From the human T2T-CHM13v2.0 reference genome, Homo sapiens, in NCBI RefSeq assembly GCF_009914755.1, contig NC_060935.1: a stretch of 64,000 nt of DNA; one strand, 5' to 3'. The stretch's first letter is position 1; each line of letters begins with the position of its first letter. The notes beneath the pieces were generated by a model, which saw only the letters and a list, made by a program, of their open reading frames with translations, was not told where the DNA came from and searched no databases. Below are positions 1 to 15,120 of this stretch, in pieces. The position numbers and the translations under genes are program-made.

Positions 1-29
1 CTAAAAAATAAACACTGATATGTAACTTT

Positions 30-205
30 CAAGAAGCTTCAGACTCTAATTTAGGTTCTACCAATTGCCCCAGTAATGTCCTTTACAACAAAAGGATCCA
101 GTTCACAACTGTACATTTCATTTAGTTGCTATGTCTCTTTAGAATCTTTCAACCTGGAACAGTTCCTCAGTCTTAACTTCCAGGACCTTGACACTTGTGA
201 AGAAT
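30..205 (-). mobile_element. Old L1 (L1MC/MD-type) 3' UTR fragment
   Basis: Resembles remembered L1MC 3' end (aatgtccttta...catttagttg...tctttcaacctggaacagttcctcagtc...accttgacact). Boundaries approximate. Confidence 0.55.
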
Positions 206-1035
206 GTGCCTGCTTTTGGTCACTCTCCATTTCCTTCAGGTAGTTTTTTTCACATTTTGTCTGAGTTTATAGTTGATTTCTGTAGGAGGACTGGTCTGAT
301 AGAAACTACTGCACCACTACCAGAAATGGAATTGAGATGAGATTCAATTCTCTTCTGAGCACAGATCCCGCATGAAAAACCCGCTTCTCTCTGTTTGATT
401 AGCATGGCAGATCTCACATTTACAAAACAGGAACAGCTATATTATACAGCCTCATAACATTTCATAAAACTTTTCCAAATATCTACTTCATTATTATAAT
501 TAAGATGATACCGACACAGAATTAAAAGATCAAATAGTACAGAAAAGTATAAAATGAAAAGAAAAGGCCTTCCTGCCTAACATTAAAAGAATGATCTCAT
601 GAACAAAGTCTCTCTATTCTATGCTTGCCATATCAGTGATAAGAAAACTAGAGGAAACTTAGGCTGGAAATCAGAAGATATAAGTTTCCAGTCCTAATTC
701 TACTGCTCCAAAAATGGCCTTAAATAAGCCACTTACTCATATTTGATACACAATTAGCACTTTTCTCAGCTGCTAGGAGTATATTGAATTGTTCTGTGCC
801 TAACTTTCCTTATCTGAAAAACATACATAGCACAAACCATCTTTTCTATATGCCGCCTAGGTAGGAAACACAATGATTTAATAATGTATGTTTGAGTGTG
901 CTGAAAGCACAATACAAATATAATAATACATCAGGTATTACACCTCTGGAAAAATCAAATGGAAATTAGAAGCCTTGGTTGGAACATAGAAGAATCTATG
1001 CTCTATTTAGTTTTATATTATTACACTATCTATAC

Positions 1036-1235
1036 CTGCACTGTCCAGTGTGGTGGCTACTAGCCACATGTGGCTACTGAAATCTGAATTAAAATTAAAT
1101 AAAATTAAAAATTCAGTCAGTCGGTTACTTTAACCATATTTCAAGTGCTAAGTAGCCACATGTGGTTATTAGCTATTGTATTAGACTGATACAGACCTTT
1201 TCCATTATCCTAGAAAGTTCTACTGGACAGCACTG
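1036..1235 (-). mobile_element. MER3 hAT-Charlie MITE
   Basis: TIRs ctgcactgtcca...tggacagcactg. Two internal agccacatgtgg motifs. 8-bp TSD atctatac (1028-1035) / atccatac (1236-1243). Confidence 0.85.
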
Positions 1236-1340
1236 ATCCATACAATTTTATACTATGCATTCTCTTACTTGCCTGATTTTAATGTTATTGTTGTGGAACT
1301 AATACACAGCAGCTAGCCTGCCACTATAAAACAAAACAAA

Positions 1341-1706
<366 letters not shown>

Positions 1707-1879
1707 CTAGAATGGTATTGGCCTTAGAACTTTGGAAGAACCCTTGGAACTGCTTCTCATTATACAGATTAGGAAAGTGAGGCTCAGAGAAAGCAAAGTC
1801 TCTGGTCCTAGGTCCCACAGGGAGTCAATATCAGAGATGAAAATGGAATCCTGGTATGCAGTAGCATAGGTTTTGCAGT

Positions 1880-2100
1880 AGGATCAGGGTTTTACTAGCA
1901 ACTTTGTCATTTACTAATCACGTGACCTTGGACTAACGACCACCACTGAGTCTCACTCTCTTCAACTGCAAACGGAAGAATAATAATCCCTACTCTGCAA
2001 GACTGTCATGAGGATTAAAGAGATGGTGCCTAGAAAGTGCTTAGGAGAGAATCTGGCATCTACTGGGACTTGGTGTATGCTACCTGCTGTCATTATTAGC
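1880..2100 (+). mobile_element. MIR SINE (one of many: others at about 3390-3560 +, 12010-12200 +, 15430-15560 -, 17550-17750 -, 22500-22920 -, 33650-33900 +, 55420-55630 +)
   Basis: MIR core-like gtgaccttgg...aataataatccctact...gaggattaaa. Boundaries approximate. Confidence 0.7.
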
Positions 2101-3601
2101 AAATACATTGCTCTTTCCACTGCATCACAGACCCTGATGAGGGAGGCTGTGGCCACCAGATAGATCATCATCATGGAGCTAGTGAGTGTTGTAAGGCACG
2201 GGGAAATTATGCAGCTTTACAAAATGTGCCAGGGGAGCAGAATGATAAATGCATTATACAGCAGTAACTACAGAACTGCTCCCAAAAGTCCCCATGCAAC
2301 AGCAGAAATTTCACCTTGAGGGGTGCAAAGGGAAATGCACCATTTGCACGCCTCTGTGCTCTCACCCTAAAATAGGTGTCTGAGGAATGGAGCAATGCAG
2401 ATTGAAAAAGATGCCTATATTTCTATGCCCCTCATGCTGAGACTACTGGAGGAGTCAGCATTCTGTTTTTGTTTCTCTCCCTCCAGAACTAATACATTAT
2501 AACTCTGTTAGCAACCAATACAGCTATCTCATGACAGATCTCTCCAAGCCTGCTTCAGAGTAGATGGAGATGGAGCCCCCAAGGCTTCTCCAAGTGCCTG
2601 CTATGTGACTTAGCCCCTCATTCCCTGCCTAACAGGGTAAGACACACAAAAAATCTTAAGATACAGTGCCCACTCAGTAGCAACATATACTTTCCTCTGG
2701 AAGACCACCACACATGGGATAATCAGATGTTACAATACAATCAAATACTAATAGGTGATTCAAACTCTGAGTTAAGATTTCCGTTCAATTCAATAACAAA
2801 TCCCAACCATTTGCTTTCTGATAGGCACTGTGTCATGCACTAAAGTTACAGCCACAATCAAGATATGGTGCCTATCCTCAAGTAGCTCATACTTGAAATG
2901 GCAACTGAAGTTGTCCAGAAAAGATTCCACTGGGCAAGCTCTAATCTGAGCCTTGTAAAGTGGTACATTTTGGATGTGCAGGTAAGGGGGCTAGGAATGA
3001 GATACTCCAAAACTCATACTTCCCGCCACTGTAAACAGAAACAGAACACAAACCCAAGAAAGAATCATGAGGAATTAAAACATCTTTTCTCAAGTCTTCA
3101 AAGGCATGCTTTACTGTACCAGCTTTAAAGTGGTGGTTTCTAGGGAAGGAAAGCCTCTTGGGTGGCTCTGTTTACCTCCACTAGTTTGTGCCCAGACACC
3201 AAGGGAGGGAAGAATGAGCTGTTACAGGCTCTGCCAGAAGACTGGCACATCTGGACTTCTAGGAGTTGGGGTGAGCACCAAGCCACAGTCACCTCTTTGC
3301 CCTTCAACCTGGAAAACCACCATCCAGTCACCTGTATGTCCTCTAGTCCACACTGCTGCCACTATGTTAGCTCTGGTATTTCCCAGCTTTGTCCTTAAAT
3401 AAGTTACCTCCCCAGGTTTTGGTTCCCTCATCTACAAAATAAGGATAAATTATTATACTGCTTCATGGGAATGTGTTAAGAATTAAAAGTGATGCTTATA
3501 AAGTGCTTAGCATAATACATGGCATGTAGTCAATGTTCGACAAACAGGAACTAACATTATTATTACCTCTTTTAAAAAATCCAATTGTTCCTAATCCATT
3601 C

Positions 3602-3834
3602 TTTTTTTTTTTTTTTTTTCTGAGACGGAGTCTTGTTCTATCACCCAGGCTGGAGTACAGTAGCACAATCTCAGCTAACTGCAACCTCCATTTCCCAGCT
3701 CAGCCTCCCAAGAGGCTAGGACTACAGGTACACATCGCCATGCCTAATGTTTGTGTTTTTTGTAGAGACAGGGTTTTGCCATGTTGCCCAGGCTGGTTTC
3801 ATGTGATCCACCTGCCTCAGCCTCCCAAAGTGCT
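3602..3834 (-). mobile_element. Old Alu (AluJ-like) with internal deletions
   Basis: Poly-T then gagacggagtcttg...cctcccaaagtgct. Segments of both arms are missing. Confidence 0.9.
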
Positions 3835-6800
3835 ACAAGAAATTCGTTTCCGAAAAACCAATGTAAGAAATCTATAAACAAAACGTACATTTGTTTATTG
3901 CTTCATAGTTGATAAAATGCTTTCACATCCCTGACATCATTCTGACAACTTACAAAGCTAAATCCAATAAGAATTATTATATCTATTTGACAGATGCAAA
4001 ATCTGAGACTCAGAGAAGTAAAAGCAGCTGTCCAAAGATCAAGCCGCAGTGTAGTCTCTTGATTCTTCCAAGTCCTTCCCCTATTTGTTGCTCCCTCGTG
4101 CAGACCCGATCGTCAAATGATATGCATGCTCCCCACGTAATTAATAAGAAATCTTATCAGTGGGGACCACAGTGAAATAAAACCACAGAGAAGAAACTAA
4201 AAAATTACTGAATCACCTTTTTGAAGCGAGGGACTTTCCTCAGCCAGTCTTGGGAGTGCTGCTTACAGTGACATAAACATTTTGTTCAGCAGCCATGAGC
4301 AACCTTCCCTAGCCAGCTGGGTCTCCTGAAGTGGCACATGGGGAGGCCCCTGTGGGAGCCACAGTAGCCTCCCAGCACCTGTGAGTGGGACCCCACTCTA
4401 CCTCCTACTTTGCTTTCCACTTATACTTCTGGTTCCTCTGAAAAGCCAGAGGCCTCACAATTAATTATTGTAGCAGTTGCTCCTTTTGCAAAGATATCTC
4501 TGATTCCTTCCATTTCTGCTACCCATAGCCAGTCTCCCTGAGTCTTGGATGACACCAGACATCCAGTAAAAAGAGCTCTCTTCCAAACAGTAATCTTCAG
4601 ATGCAGGAGGTGGTGGCCACCACTGGCAGTGTCCCCACAGACAGAACCACTATATCACAAAGGGAATTATGTAACCATACAAAGATTAACCTCCCCCTTC
4701 TAGTCACAATTCACCAGTCCCTCTAACAACTGGCTGGGGATCTTGGGGGTCTAAAGGCTGCATCCCAAGGGAATGGTGTGGTTTTGCTTCCCTGAAAGTG
4801 ACAAGAGGAATGTTTTCTCTTTATCTACCTCAAGAGGTGCCTACCAGGCAAGGCCTCAGTGGTTCAGGACATTTCAGGCAAAGAAGAGGCTGGAGCCAGA
4901 TGGCAGTCTTCTTTGGGGAAGATGGGGAACTACAGGGCTCGCTCCTAAGGCAGCTATCCAATATAAAGTACCCAATGGAGCCTGGCAAAGAGAGGCTTAA
5001 TTCAGGTCAGTGTAAACAACAAGGAGGTCCCATTGGTCAGAAAGCTTCCAAGCAAGAAGCTCCAAGGAACAGCAACCCTTGGAATCAAGCAGATGGCCTT
5101 ATATAGGGGAATGAGCCACTCAGAACAAAGTCCCAAACAGTGACTAAGGATCCAGGACACTGAGTCCAATCCCTGCGCAATGGGACTGGCAAAACCCATA
5201 CCCTGCTCAGCATAGGGTTTTTGTGCAAGTAGAACTGGGAGAGAGATCTAGCTGTCTGGATGTGGCCAAAGCAGGAGGGAGAAAGTGTTTAGGAAAGGCA
5301 AAAGGGAGGTCAGGGCTCATCACATCCCAGAGCCAGGCCACCAACAGCCCAACAAATTCCAGGCCTAAACCCAAGGGCAGGGGAGGTAAAGGGAGGGTGG
5401 AAAAGTGCTTCAGGGACAGCTGCTCAACAGAGCCAAGGAAGGTGGATAATGACACTACGCAAAGAAAAACTCAACAGAGAAAGTAAGAAGAGGCATGTTT
5501 GTAAGACTAGGTGGCAGGAATACCAAGATGATTATAAGACATCATCCTTGTTAGCTACTGAGAAATAGGTAGTAGTTGTCCAAGGAGCCAAAGGCAAAGG
5601 GAAGCAGAACCAGCATGCAAAGACCCAGAAGTATCAAAAAACCTGATGCATTATTGGTTAGGCATAGATAAACTGCAGAATACAGGGAGAGACTGGTAGA
5701 AGGTGAGGCTGGGTATTTTGACAGAAGCTGGATCAAGAAGAGCTTCTTATGAAAATCCAGAGATTTTAGACTTCATTCAGGATAGGAAGCCATCAGAAAG
5801 TAAGGGCACACATTCATCCCTATAACAATCATTTGCTCAGCACCTGCTGTGTGCTGGGTGCTATGCAAGGTGATGAGGAGACAGTGGTGAACAAGGCCAA
5901 CAACAGTCCTGGAGCTTACACTCTAATGACTCCATTCTTTGCACACTGGCTGTGCAGTTTATGGGTTGTGTGTTTCTCCTACCCATTGAGAATAGAGGCT
6001 GGGTCTTAATCTCCACTATATCTTAAATGCTTGGCTAAGTTTCTTTCACATAGAAAGTCGCTATCTAATAAGTGTGTATTATGGGAATAAATGTTTTCTG
6101 TATTTTCTAAGAGTCTAAAGAAAAAGAGCATAGTGCAATCAGATTTCTATTTCAGTACATCACTTTGGCAACTGGTTGTGGGCAACTGGGGTGAAACCAA
6201 ACTAGAGACAAGGGCTTACCAACTAAGAAGCTGTCACTGTATTAGGCACTAGATAATGAGGGTCCAAACTAGAAGAATAGTGGTAGAAATGGAGGTAGTT
6301 TTAGTCCCCTGACAAGCCAATTCATGTGCAGCTCATTCAGCCTTCACAGACCTAGAATTGCTCTCAGCAGACCACTGAAGCCTCCTTTAAATCCTCATTG
6401 CCTTCTGTTTTCACTCTAAACCTCTGCATGATTTACTTTCACCCTGGGACAGCCCAGTTTTCAAGGTCAAATGCAACAAAAGACAGCTGGTCAGCTCCAG
6501 GGTGACCCTGGGCAAAGCCTGGGGCGGTTGTACCTCTGCAGAGCATGGTAGTAACATATGAGGTCACTAGGACTTTAAATCAGTGCTGATGAATTTCCTC
6601 TGCTGCTGAAAAAAAAGCAAGCCAGAGATATCCTTGCTGTCAATGCTGATGGCTGCCTCAACAGGAATTCATACTCTGATGCTGCAGGGAGATTGGCTGG
6701 ATTATCAAGCATCTAGGCTCCACTATCTTCACTGGTTCTAGTTCTAAGAAGTGTTTACAAGATCCATGGTGGTTCTAGGTAGCTCCTAAGATCTCAAGCG

Positions 6801-7989
6801 ATTAAGACAAAACAGCAGCTCTGACCCATACTTTTAACAAAACCTGTACCCGAAGCAGCTCATATGTCATGAACCTAAAAAACAACTTTTTTTGTACATG
6901 TACAGCACATTACAGTCTACAAACGCCCTTATATATACTATCTGCATTTTTCTATAACTCTATGGGCAAGATAAAGCAGATATTATTATGTGCACTTTGT
7001 GAATGAGAAAGCTAAGGCTTGGAAAGGTTTTGAATGACCCAAAATCATACAGATTGTACAAACAGAACAGAAAGTCCAACCCAAGTCACGCTCTACGTTT
7101 AAGACTCTGTCCATCAGACCTCCAACTCCAGCCAGCACGAGTTTACTAGAAGCATGAATTAACTTACTGTCCCAATACTTACTGAGGCTATTCCTTTCCT
7201 TGTTGCTTTTCCTGATATGACACTGAGGCAGAGCCTGTAAAGGGCCACCAAGTCTCCATTAGACCTGACTACCATCCAGTGATACCCAAAGCCAGAGCCC
7301 AGGGTCACACCCTGATGAGAACTGTCCAGAGAAGAAGCTGTTGGTGTTCAGGGCTAGCAATGAGAAAAATGAGGGGTCTGAGAGCCGGGTTCAAGTCCCT
7401 GTTCTGCCATGTACTGTGACTTTGAGCAGTGACAGCTTTCTTTCTCAACTTCAGTTTCCTCACCCCCAGAATGAGGACAGCAGCATCTGCCCTTCCCGCC
7501 ACTCAGGGGTCAGAGCCAATAATGGTGTCTTCCTTCTCCCATTTCCAGGCAGTCACCTGACAGTGCTGGAAGAACCCATTACAGAGTAAAGTGAACTAGT
7601 CCCTCCCAGGTAGCCTCCCTGCCCTAATCTCATCACTCCAGCAGATAATTTTCCTTCCAATCTAACCACGAAGATTTAAGCCAACCAACATGAGCTCTCA
7701 CACTTTTTTCGGCACAATTCTATTATTACTTACTTTGTACCAAACCTTGCCCTAATTATACAAAGATAAATAATGTCTGTCCTCAAAGAACTTCAAGTTT
7801 GATTTAGAAATAGGCATGTTAATAATTACTACATTACTAATAAATACCACATTGCAGTATTGGGCAGCAAGTTTGACTTTTATTTGTGAATTCTTGGTGC
7901 CTGTGCATGGCCCACAGTAGGATAAAGTAAACATCTGTTGAATAAATAAATAAAACTAACATAAAACCTGATGACAAAAGAGGTACACA

Positions 7990-8640
7990 GTTCAATGAAA
8001 GCACTCTCTTCTCCACCTCAAAACTTCTCTCTTCACATATCCCCTTGTTTCTTTACTCCAGCACTGAAAGAAAGAAAAGGTCTCCTTTCTTCTTGTCAGA
8101 ACTGGCCCCTTCACAGTGACCTCAATCCTCTCTCTCATCTTCTTGGGGGCCTTGCTCCAATTCTTCTCCTTTCCTCTTGCAACTTTACTCACTCAGTTTT
8201 CTTCCTCTCTCTAAATCTCTCTTTCAGCCTTCTGACGTGCTCTGGTTTCTCCATGCTTACAAAACAAACAGTAACCAATCTCTCTATTCAAGGTACTGGG
8301 CTTGTTTTCATGCTCTTTGACCAGAATCTCCTGGAAGGGCTACTCACACCCACAGCCTCTATTTCTCATCACCCGCTCACTCATTTGCTGTGCTCCTGCT
8401 TTAGCTTCTACCTTCCCACTGAAGCTGCTCTCTCAAGTGCCACAGCCTCCCAGTCACCAAATCCAGTAGTCTTTACTCCATCTCCAACCTCCGTGACCTC
8501 CCTGTTAGCGTTTCCTTGGCTTCTGTGACTCAGCAGTACCTGGCTTCCCTTCTCCCTCTCCTGTCAATACTCAGTCTCTATCTGGCTGCTCTTCCTCTGC
8601 TTTCCTCCTCAAGTTCTTGCCAAGATTCCCCTGTTACTTT
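7990..8640 (+). mobile_element. L2 LINE fragment
   Basis: Pyrimidine-rich degenerate L2-like sequence (cactgaagctgctctctcaag...tccttggcttctgtgac). Boundaries approximate. Confidence 0.55.
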
Positions 8641-9279
8641 ACTTTTGCTCCCTTGAGCACTAATTTGACATCAAGCCTTCCAATTCAGGAAGGCTTTCCA
8701 GTCACAACCTCCCACCCTAGCCCCCACCCCCACCCAGCAGAACCCAGCAAAACCACAGGGATTGAAAATGCCAGAAAGAAAGGGTCACCAAGACACGGGA
8801 AGGGACAGGATCAACATATTTTCATTGCCAGACTCTCTTAAAGCCTTTGTCACATTCTGTTTGTCCTACAGGGAACTTAGCCCTGCTACTAACTCACAAG
8901 CTCCTAAGGCAGAAACTGTTCCACTCTTCTCTGCTTCCCCTACCCTAATGCTGTGTTCAGACAGATAGGCATACTCAAGCATCTATTGGATTAAAGAAGA
9001 AAAGCCAAAGGTGAATAGGCACGAAAGTACTTGGTAAACTGTGAAGTGCTAAAGGACTATGAGACTCATCATCAATAGCCTTTGTAAGAAACTTCAGGGC
9101 TGTTCTGAGCACCATATAGGCTCACAGCCTATCTGTGCTGGCTCTGCAGGGCATCTGATGACCAAATGCCTGAAAACATGGAAATGCCTATTCCCAAACT
9201 GGCCTGGGATTGAGAAGCACAGACTATGGGGAAGAAGAGAAGAAGCAGTGAAAATGGGTACATACCTCCAAAACCATTA

Positions 9280-9475
9280 CTTTCATTCATTTTTCACTTA
9301 TTCAGTCAGTAAACATTCACTAAGTACCCACAAGGTGCCAGGGACTATTCTAGACACTGGGATCACATCTTTGAACAAGACAGAGAAGGCCCTTGCTCTC
9401 TTGGATTTTCTATTTTAGTGAGAAAAGAGAGATGATAAATATAAATAAGAAAATAGTGGGTGGTAGTAAGTGCTT
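9280..9475 (-). mobile_element. L2 3' end
   Basis: tcattcatt...aaacattcactaagtaccca...gtgccaggga...gaacaagaca, the reverse of the L2 3' terminus. Confidence 0.7.
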
Positions 9476-12400
9476 GTTTCACCATCTCTCTCAAACATGA
9501 CAGCTCTTCCTCTCTTCTGAGTGTTCATGGGGACAAATCCGGTCCACCACTTTGAGGTTTGTTTTGTGTTATTTCTCCCCCTGCTATGTCAGCAGCTACA
9601 GCACAGATGTGCTAGATTTTTAAATCTCCAGTGAAACCATCTTTGGGTGCACACTACTACCCATTTTAAGCACTGCTATCCCATTTCCAGAGGGCTTTAA
9701 AACACTGGACCCTGCTACAACTGAAAGGTTTGGCCTGCCTGGGCCCATGGTCTCAGAGACCTCATGCTTCTCTAGGAACAGCAATGATGCTGTGGGTACT
9801 TACCAGAGAGCCACTTGGGAATGCTTTTTCAGGTTGTGTTCAATTCTGTCAGAGCCCTCCGGACTCAGCTGATTGCTGGTGGTAGATTTCTGTGTTATTT
9901 AGGGCACCAAAGTCCCACAGTCTTGACACAAACTTAAAATTAGAAATGTATTAAATATAGGAAAGGAGGAAGGTCATTCAGGAAAGGCAGTCTTCCGAGG
10001 GAGCTGTAGGACAAAGACGCCCTGGAAACTTCCAGGTTCATTAATGGGTTTTACACAAGCATTCAAGTGGTATTTCTCCTTCAGAAATAACACTGTGGAA
10101 AGTGTAGGGGCCTGGCTCAAACCTCAGCTAACACAGCTGAGTGAGTGACTCTGCAAACTAAAAATAGCTTCTTTCCCACTCATTCCGACAGATTGCACTT
10201 AGACCCTGTGCACAGGTTGATCCTCTAGCAGTTTTAGTCCTGCTGCAAATGAGAGCTGATGGCATTTGGGCTTGACAATTACCCAATCTCTGGTTTAACT
10301 TTTATTTCCACATTTCCTGCTCCTGCTCCAATGGCACTGTATGTGCACACACATGCACGTGTATACTGAGTTCCCTGGCTGGGATTTGGTGCTCCTGAAC
10401 CAAACGTGGGCAGAATTTAAACCAGGAACATGACTCAGGACTGTGGCTGCAGACTGAGCCCAGAGAAAGTCCTTAGAAACACTGGGAGTCAAGCTGTTTG
10501 CCTTGGATCTTCTCCTAATTCCTAGCTAGCCTCTCTGGCCTCAGTTTCCTGAATAACAAAATGGGAGTAACCATGCCTATTCTGGCCTATTTCACAGCAT
10601 CATGCTGGGATCGAATGAGACAATGTATGTGAAGGTCATTTTCCTTCAGACAGTGATGGGACAGGCTAGACAGGCAGCCAGATTACAAAACTAGGTTCAG
10701 CCACTAGAATGGGTAGGCATCCTGATTGCATCACAAGTTAAAAGTGATCTAGACTCAATTTCAGTTTATGTTGTCCCTCGGCCTGATATCCTTCTATCTT
10801 TGCTAAACTCCTATGCATTTTTAAGAACCCAATTCAAATAACATTTCTTTTTTGTTAGTGTCTTCAGAATTGACCATTCCATCTTTAGTGCTCCTTTGGC
10901 CTTTTGTACATACCTCTAATAGCACTTTTCATCTATACAGTAGATATTAACTTACATACCTGGAAGTTCTTTGAGGGCAAAGACTGTGTATTTTTCATCC
11001 TTGTATCCACCTCCCCATCCACTTCCACTGTATGGCCAACACTGGTGCATGACAGGTGTCAACCAATGTTTATGGAATGGGCAAGAACTCAAAAGTCAAG
11101 AAGGAGGTAAATGTCAGAAAGATCCAGGAGAGCATAAAAGGTGGGGCAGCACACAAACAGCCAGTGGTGGGGATGGTGGGCAAGAAATCCAAGAAGGCAG
11201 TGTCACTGAGGTCAGTCCTAGGCAATAAGGGCACAGCCATAGGGATGACAGTCAAAGCTGAACTGCAAGTTCTGGGAAGACCAGACAGGGATTTCATCTT
11301 GGAAACACAAAGAATTGAACAGGGAGCAGGAGCACTCTCTTGAGGTCCAGGGAATAAGGAACAGCAGCATCATACCAAGTCCCACAACGTAAACTGGAAT
11401 AGGAGGGCTTGGGGACAAGAAACAAGGGCAGAGAATAGAGGCAGGGCAAAGAATCAGAGCAAGGCTGAAGTGGTCCTGAAGAAGCCTAGAACTTATAGGT
11501 TAGTTAACATTCCCAGGTCTGCCAAAGTTGAGTTAGCAGCTAGGGATTAGAGACCTTAGCTATGAAACTGACTTGGAAAGTAGAGAGCTGCTGGGGTATA
11601 CATGTGCAGTCAAGCAGCAAACAAACCTGTTCACATACATCCTGCCCTGACATGCGCTTGGTGGGATTAATCCAGATCACTGTACTACCCACCCTGGAAT
11701 TTTCCAGGAGTGCCTAGAGAGGCCCAGTATCTAAGGTAAAACTGACAGAGAATGAAACACAGAAGTTTTTACCACTGTAAGGACATTAAAGGAAGGCCTA
11801 CAAGGTCTAAAATCTCAAATAAAGTGTTTCTCAGGCTAGAGAGGAGACATGGCTCAGAAGAAAAGAATTGAAACACTTAGGGCATTAGAGACCCTTATTC
11901 CCAGATTTCAAGAACCCAGCAAAGGGTTCCACCCAGGAAAGGGCACATAGAAAGAAGGACCTCAATTTTACTTTATCTATAGAGTATGTGACCTTCTTCA
12001 AGCACTTCAAGTTCAAGACCCAGGCTCACTGTTTACCTATTGTGTGATCAGTAGAGGCCAGTTGAGTTTACCCATTCTTAGCCTTAGTCTCCTTATTCAT
12101 AAAGCAGCAATTGTAACACCTGCACACAGGTTTATCATGAAGACAAAATAATATCTGCAAAGCATTTAGCATATTGGCCTATAATAAGCACTAAATAACT
12201 TTGTGTTTCTTTGCTTTCTTTGGTTCCCAGGAAGGGATGGTTATACCACAGTCTAGCTCTGTCTACCTGTGTTTTCCTCTCCTGCTTGGCTATCCTTCTG
12301 GACCCTTCTGTGCAGACATCCTATCTGAGACACCAGACAATTCACTCCTCCTCCTGCTTATCCCTTGGACATTAAAGGCAACTAAGAAGAATTAAAGGCA

Positions 12401-13239
12401 GTTGGTCAGCTATGTGCCACACTCAGGTCCTCAAGGGTCAGGAAACATCAGCCTAGTCCAACACTGTTCCTGCACCTCCAGGTATCTCTGCACCTCTCTG
12501 GCCAAGCCCATGACCAAGGTAGCACCTAGTTTAGTGTGGCTCTTGTCTTCTCCAAGGTGAACCCACTCTTAGTAGCATATAGCTGCCTCCTGGCCTGGCT
12601 CTCTCTTGGCCTGGAGCAAATACATGCCTAGCAGGCCAGACCTGGATATCCACAGCTGGAGACAATTCCCAGACCCAATTTACCAGAGAGTAATAGCCTG
12701 GAGTCTGAACCTGAAATGAGATCAGAGCGTCTACACTCCAGCACCCCAGAGACTGGAGCTAGGAAGGAAGGAGCTCTAAAATGAAGCTGCCAGGGGGCTC
12801 AGGGCTCAAGCCCACTCCTGATAAGCTACGTAAAATTCACATCAATGTCAGGCTCTTAGACTAAATTTTGCACTGGTCATGTCTGTCACAGTGCTGCATA
12901 CTGTGGCTACCACATGGCATTAAAAAATTTCAAACGGTAAGAAGAGAATGGAATCAACAGTTTCTGAGTGCCTACTAAGTCAAGAACTTTGCATGTTATC
13001 CTTACCAATACCAATACCTTAGGTATTATTATAAAGGGTATACTTATCTTGCCAATAGAACTAGAGACTCGGAAAAATCTAAGAATCCTCTGTTCCTCCA
13101 CTACTATACTACCTGACCACAAAGTCTTAAATGATCTTGGAAAGACAAAGAAAAACTAGAGTGTAAAGCACTATTTACAGGCTCTCAGCACCTTAACTCA
13201 CTAAGCAGACAATACTAGTTTAAATACTGCATTCCCTTA

Positions 13240-13700
13240 TTCACTACTGGTAGAGCCAACTTCTGCCAAACACAATCTAAAGAAATATATCAAAAGTCAT
13301 AAAGATGCTCCGGACCTTTGCCCTTGTCATTGCATCCCCAAGATCATATCTTCAGGAAAACAGTTCAACAGAGATTCACTAGTGGTGGGAAAAAAAAAAA
13401 AAAAGGATGATCTAAATGTCTAATATCCAAAGAATGGTTTGAGAAATCCCAGAACCTTCTAATCATGTAATGTTTACTGCATAGCCATTTTAAATGATCA
13501 TTTTAAAGACCAAGAGGGAAAAAAACAAAGCATCTGTGATAAAATAAAGATTGAAAACAAAACATCATAAATGCTATTGGTACAACTTGTAGAAGTATGG
13601 AGATGTGTATACACAAAAAGGAATGTAGCTGTTTTAGGGTGGCAAGATTATGGAAATCTTCCATAATATTAAGTAGTTTCATTATTATTACATGTAAATT
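13240..13700 (+). mobile_element. Ancient L1ME-type fragment
   Basis: Degenerate L1 3' region (ctaaatgtctaa...gaatggttt...agccattttaaatgat). Boundaries approximate. Confidence 0.5.
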
Positions 13701-14396
13701 GTCTTTGTGGTATTGTTTAGTTCCTTTTCAACCCAAGAGAAAGAGAGAGAAAAAAAGATAGACACACTTAACCCAGCACTACGAAAAGGCCCAGGAAGAC
13801 CAGGGCTGGGATGTTAAAGCAGAAATTGAGAAGCGTCCTACATACCCGGAAGGAGGAGGCCAGGCAGGGCCCTGGGGAAGGGAAGCCCTCTAGGTATGAA
13901 GAGGGTTGTCATTAGTCTGATGCTAATTACAGAAGTCTCACTAGCTTATTAATTTTTTTTGACTGACTCTGAATGAAGACTGAATCCCTTCAGTAAGCCA
14001 ACTTGGGTTCAGAGGCACATTTCCTGTGTGGCCATCCTCATTCTTCTAAAAAATCTAGCCTTTTCTTTTTTTTTAAGGGTAACAGTAAAGTAAAATTTAG
14101 TAACAGAAACGCACACCCTGGAGAAATTAAGATTCCTGCCTTAAATGTAGAAATTCAAGCCATTTCAGAAAATCAAAGGGGTTTGAATAAGCAACTGAAC
14201 TACAGTGTTTTCTGGACTGGGAAAAATAAACACGAGTATAAAATGTTTAGCTCAGTATTAAAGGCCCCCTTGATCAGGTTCCAGCCCATCTTTCTGATAT
14301 TACCTCATAACTGTCCTGCCAGATACCCAATGCTCCAGCCAAACTGAACCACCAAGTAGTCCCCAAAATAGTTTCTTCACTTTCCAACCTCCATGA

Positions 14397-14859
<463 letters not shown>

Positions 14860-15120
14860 TGAATTCATTTCTTGCTCTTCACAGTAGATCCAAAGTACTT
14901 TGAACCTCCAAGGAACTACACAAAGTCTGCCTTGCAGTACAGTTATCTGGGTGACTGACTTTTGACCACATTAAAGCATGAGCTCCTTAGGGCAAGGACC
15001 TCTTCTGATTCCTACATGGTACCTATCCATAACGCCTGGCACACAGTAGGCCCTCAGTAAATGATTCACTGAAAGACAAGAAAAAGGGACAGATTACATC
15101 TGTGAGAAGTCACTTCCTAC

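Noticed and set aside
2149-2166. CTCF-like GGCCACCAGATAGAT
   Set aside because: The 3' half of the core (GGC) is missing.
4610-4623. Perfect 14-bp palindrome gtggtggccaccac
   Set aside because: A few palindromes of this size are expected by chance in 64 kb.
7971-8528. 185-aa Leu/Ser-rich ORF
   Set aside because: It runs through a pyrimidine-rich L2 remnant. Base composition explains the lack of stops.
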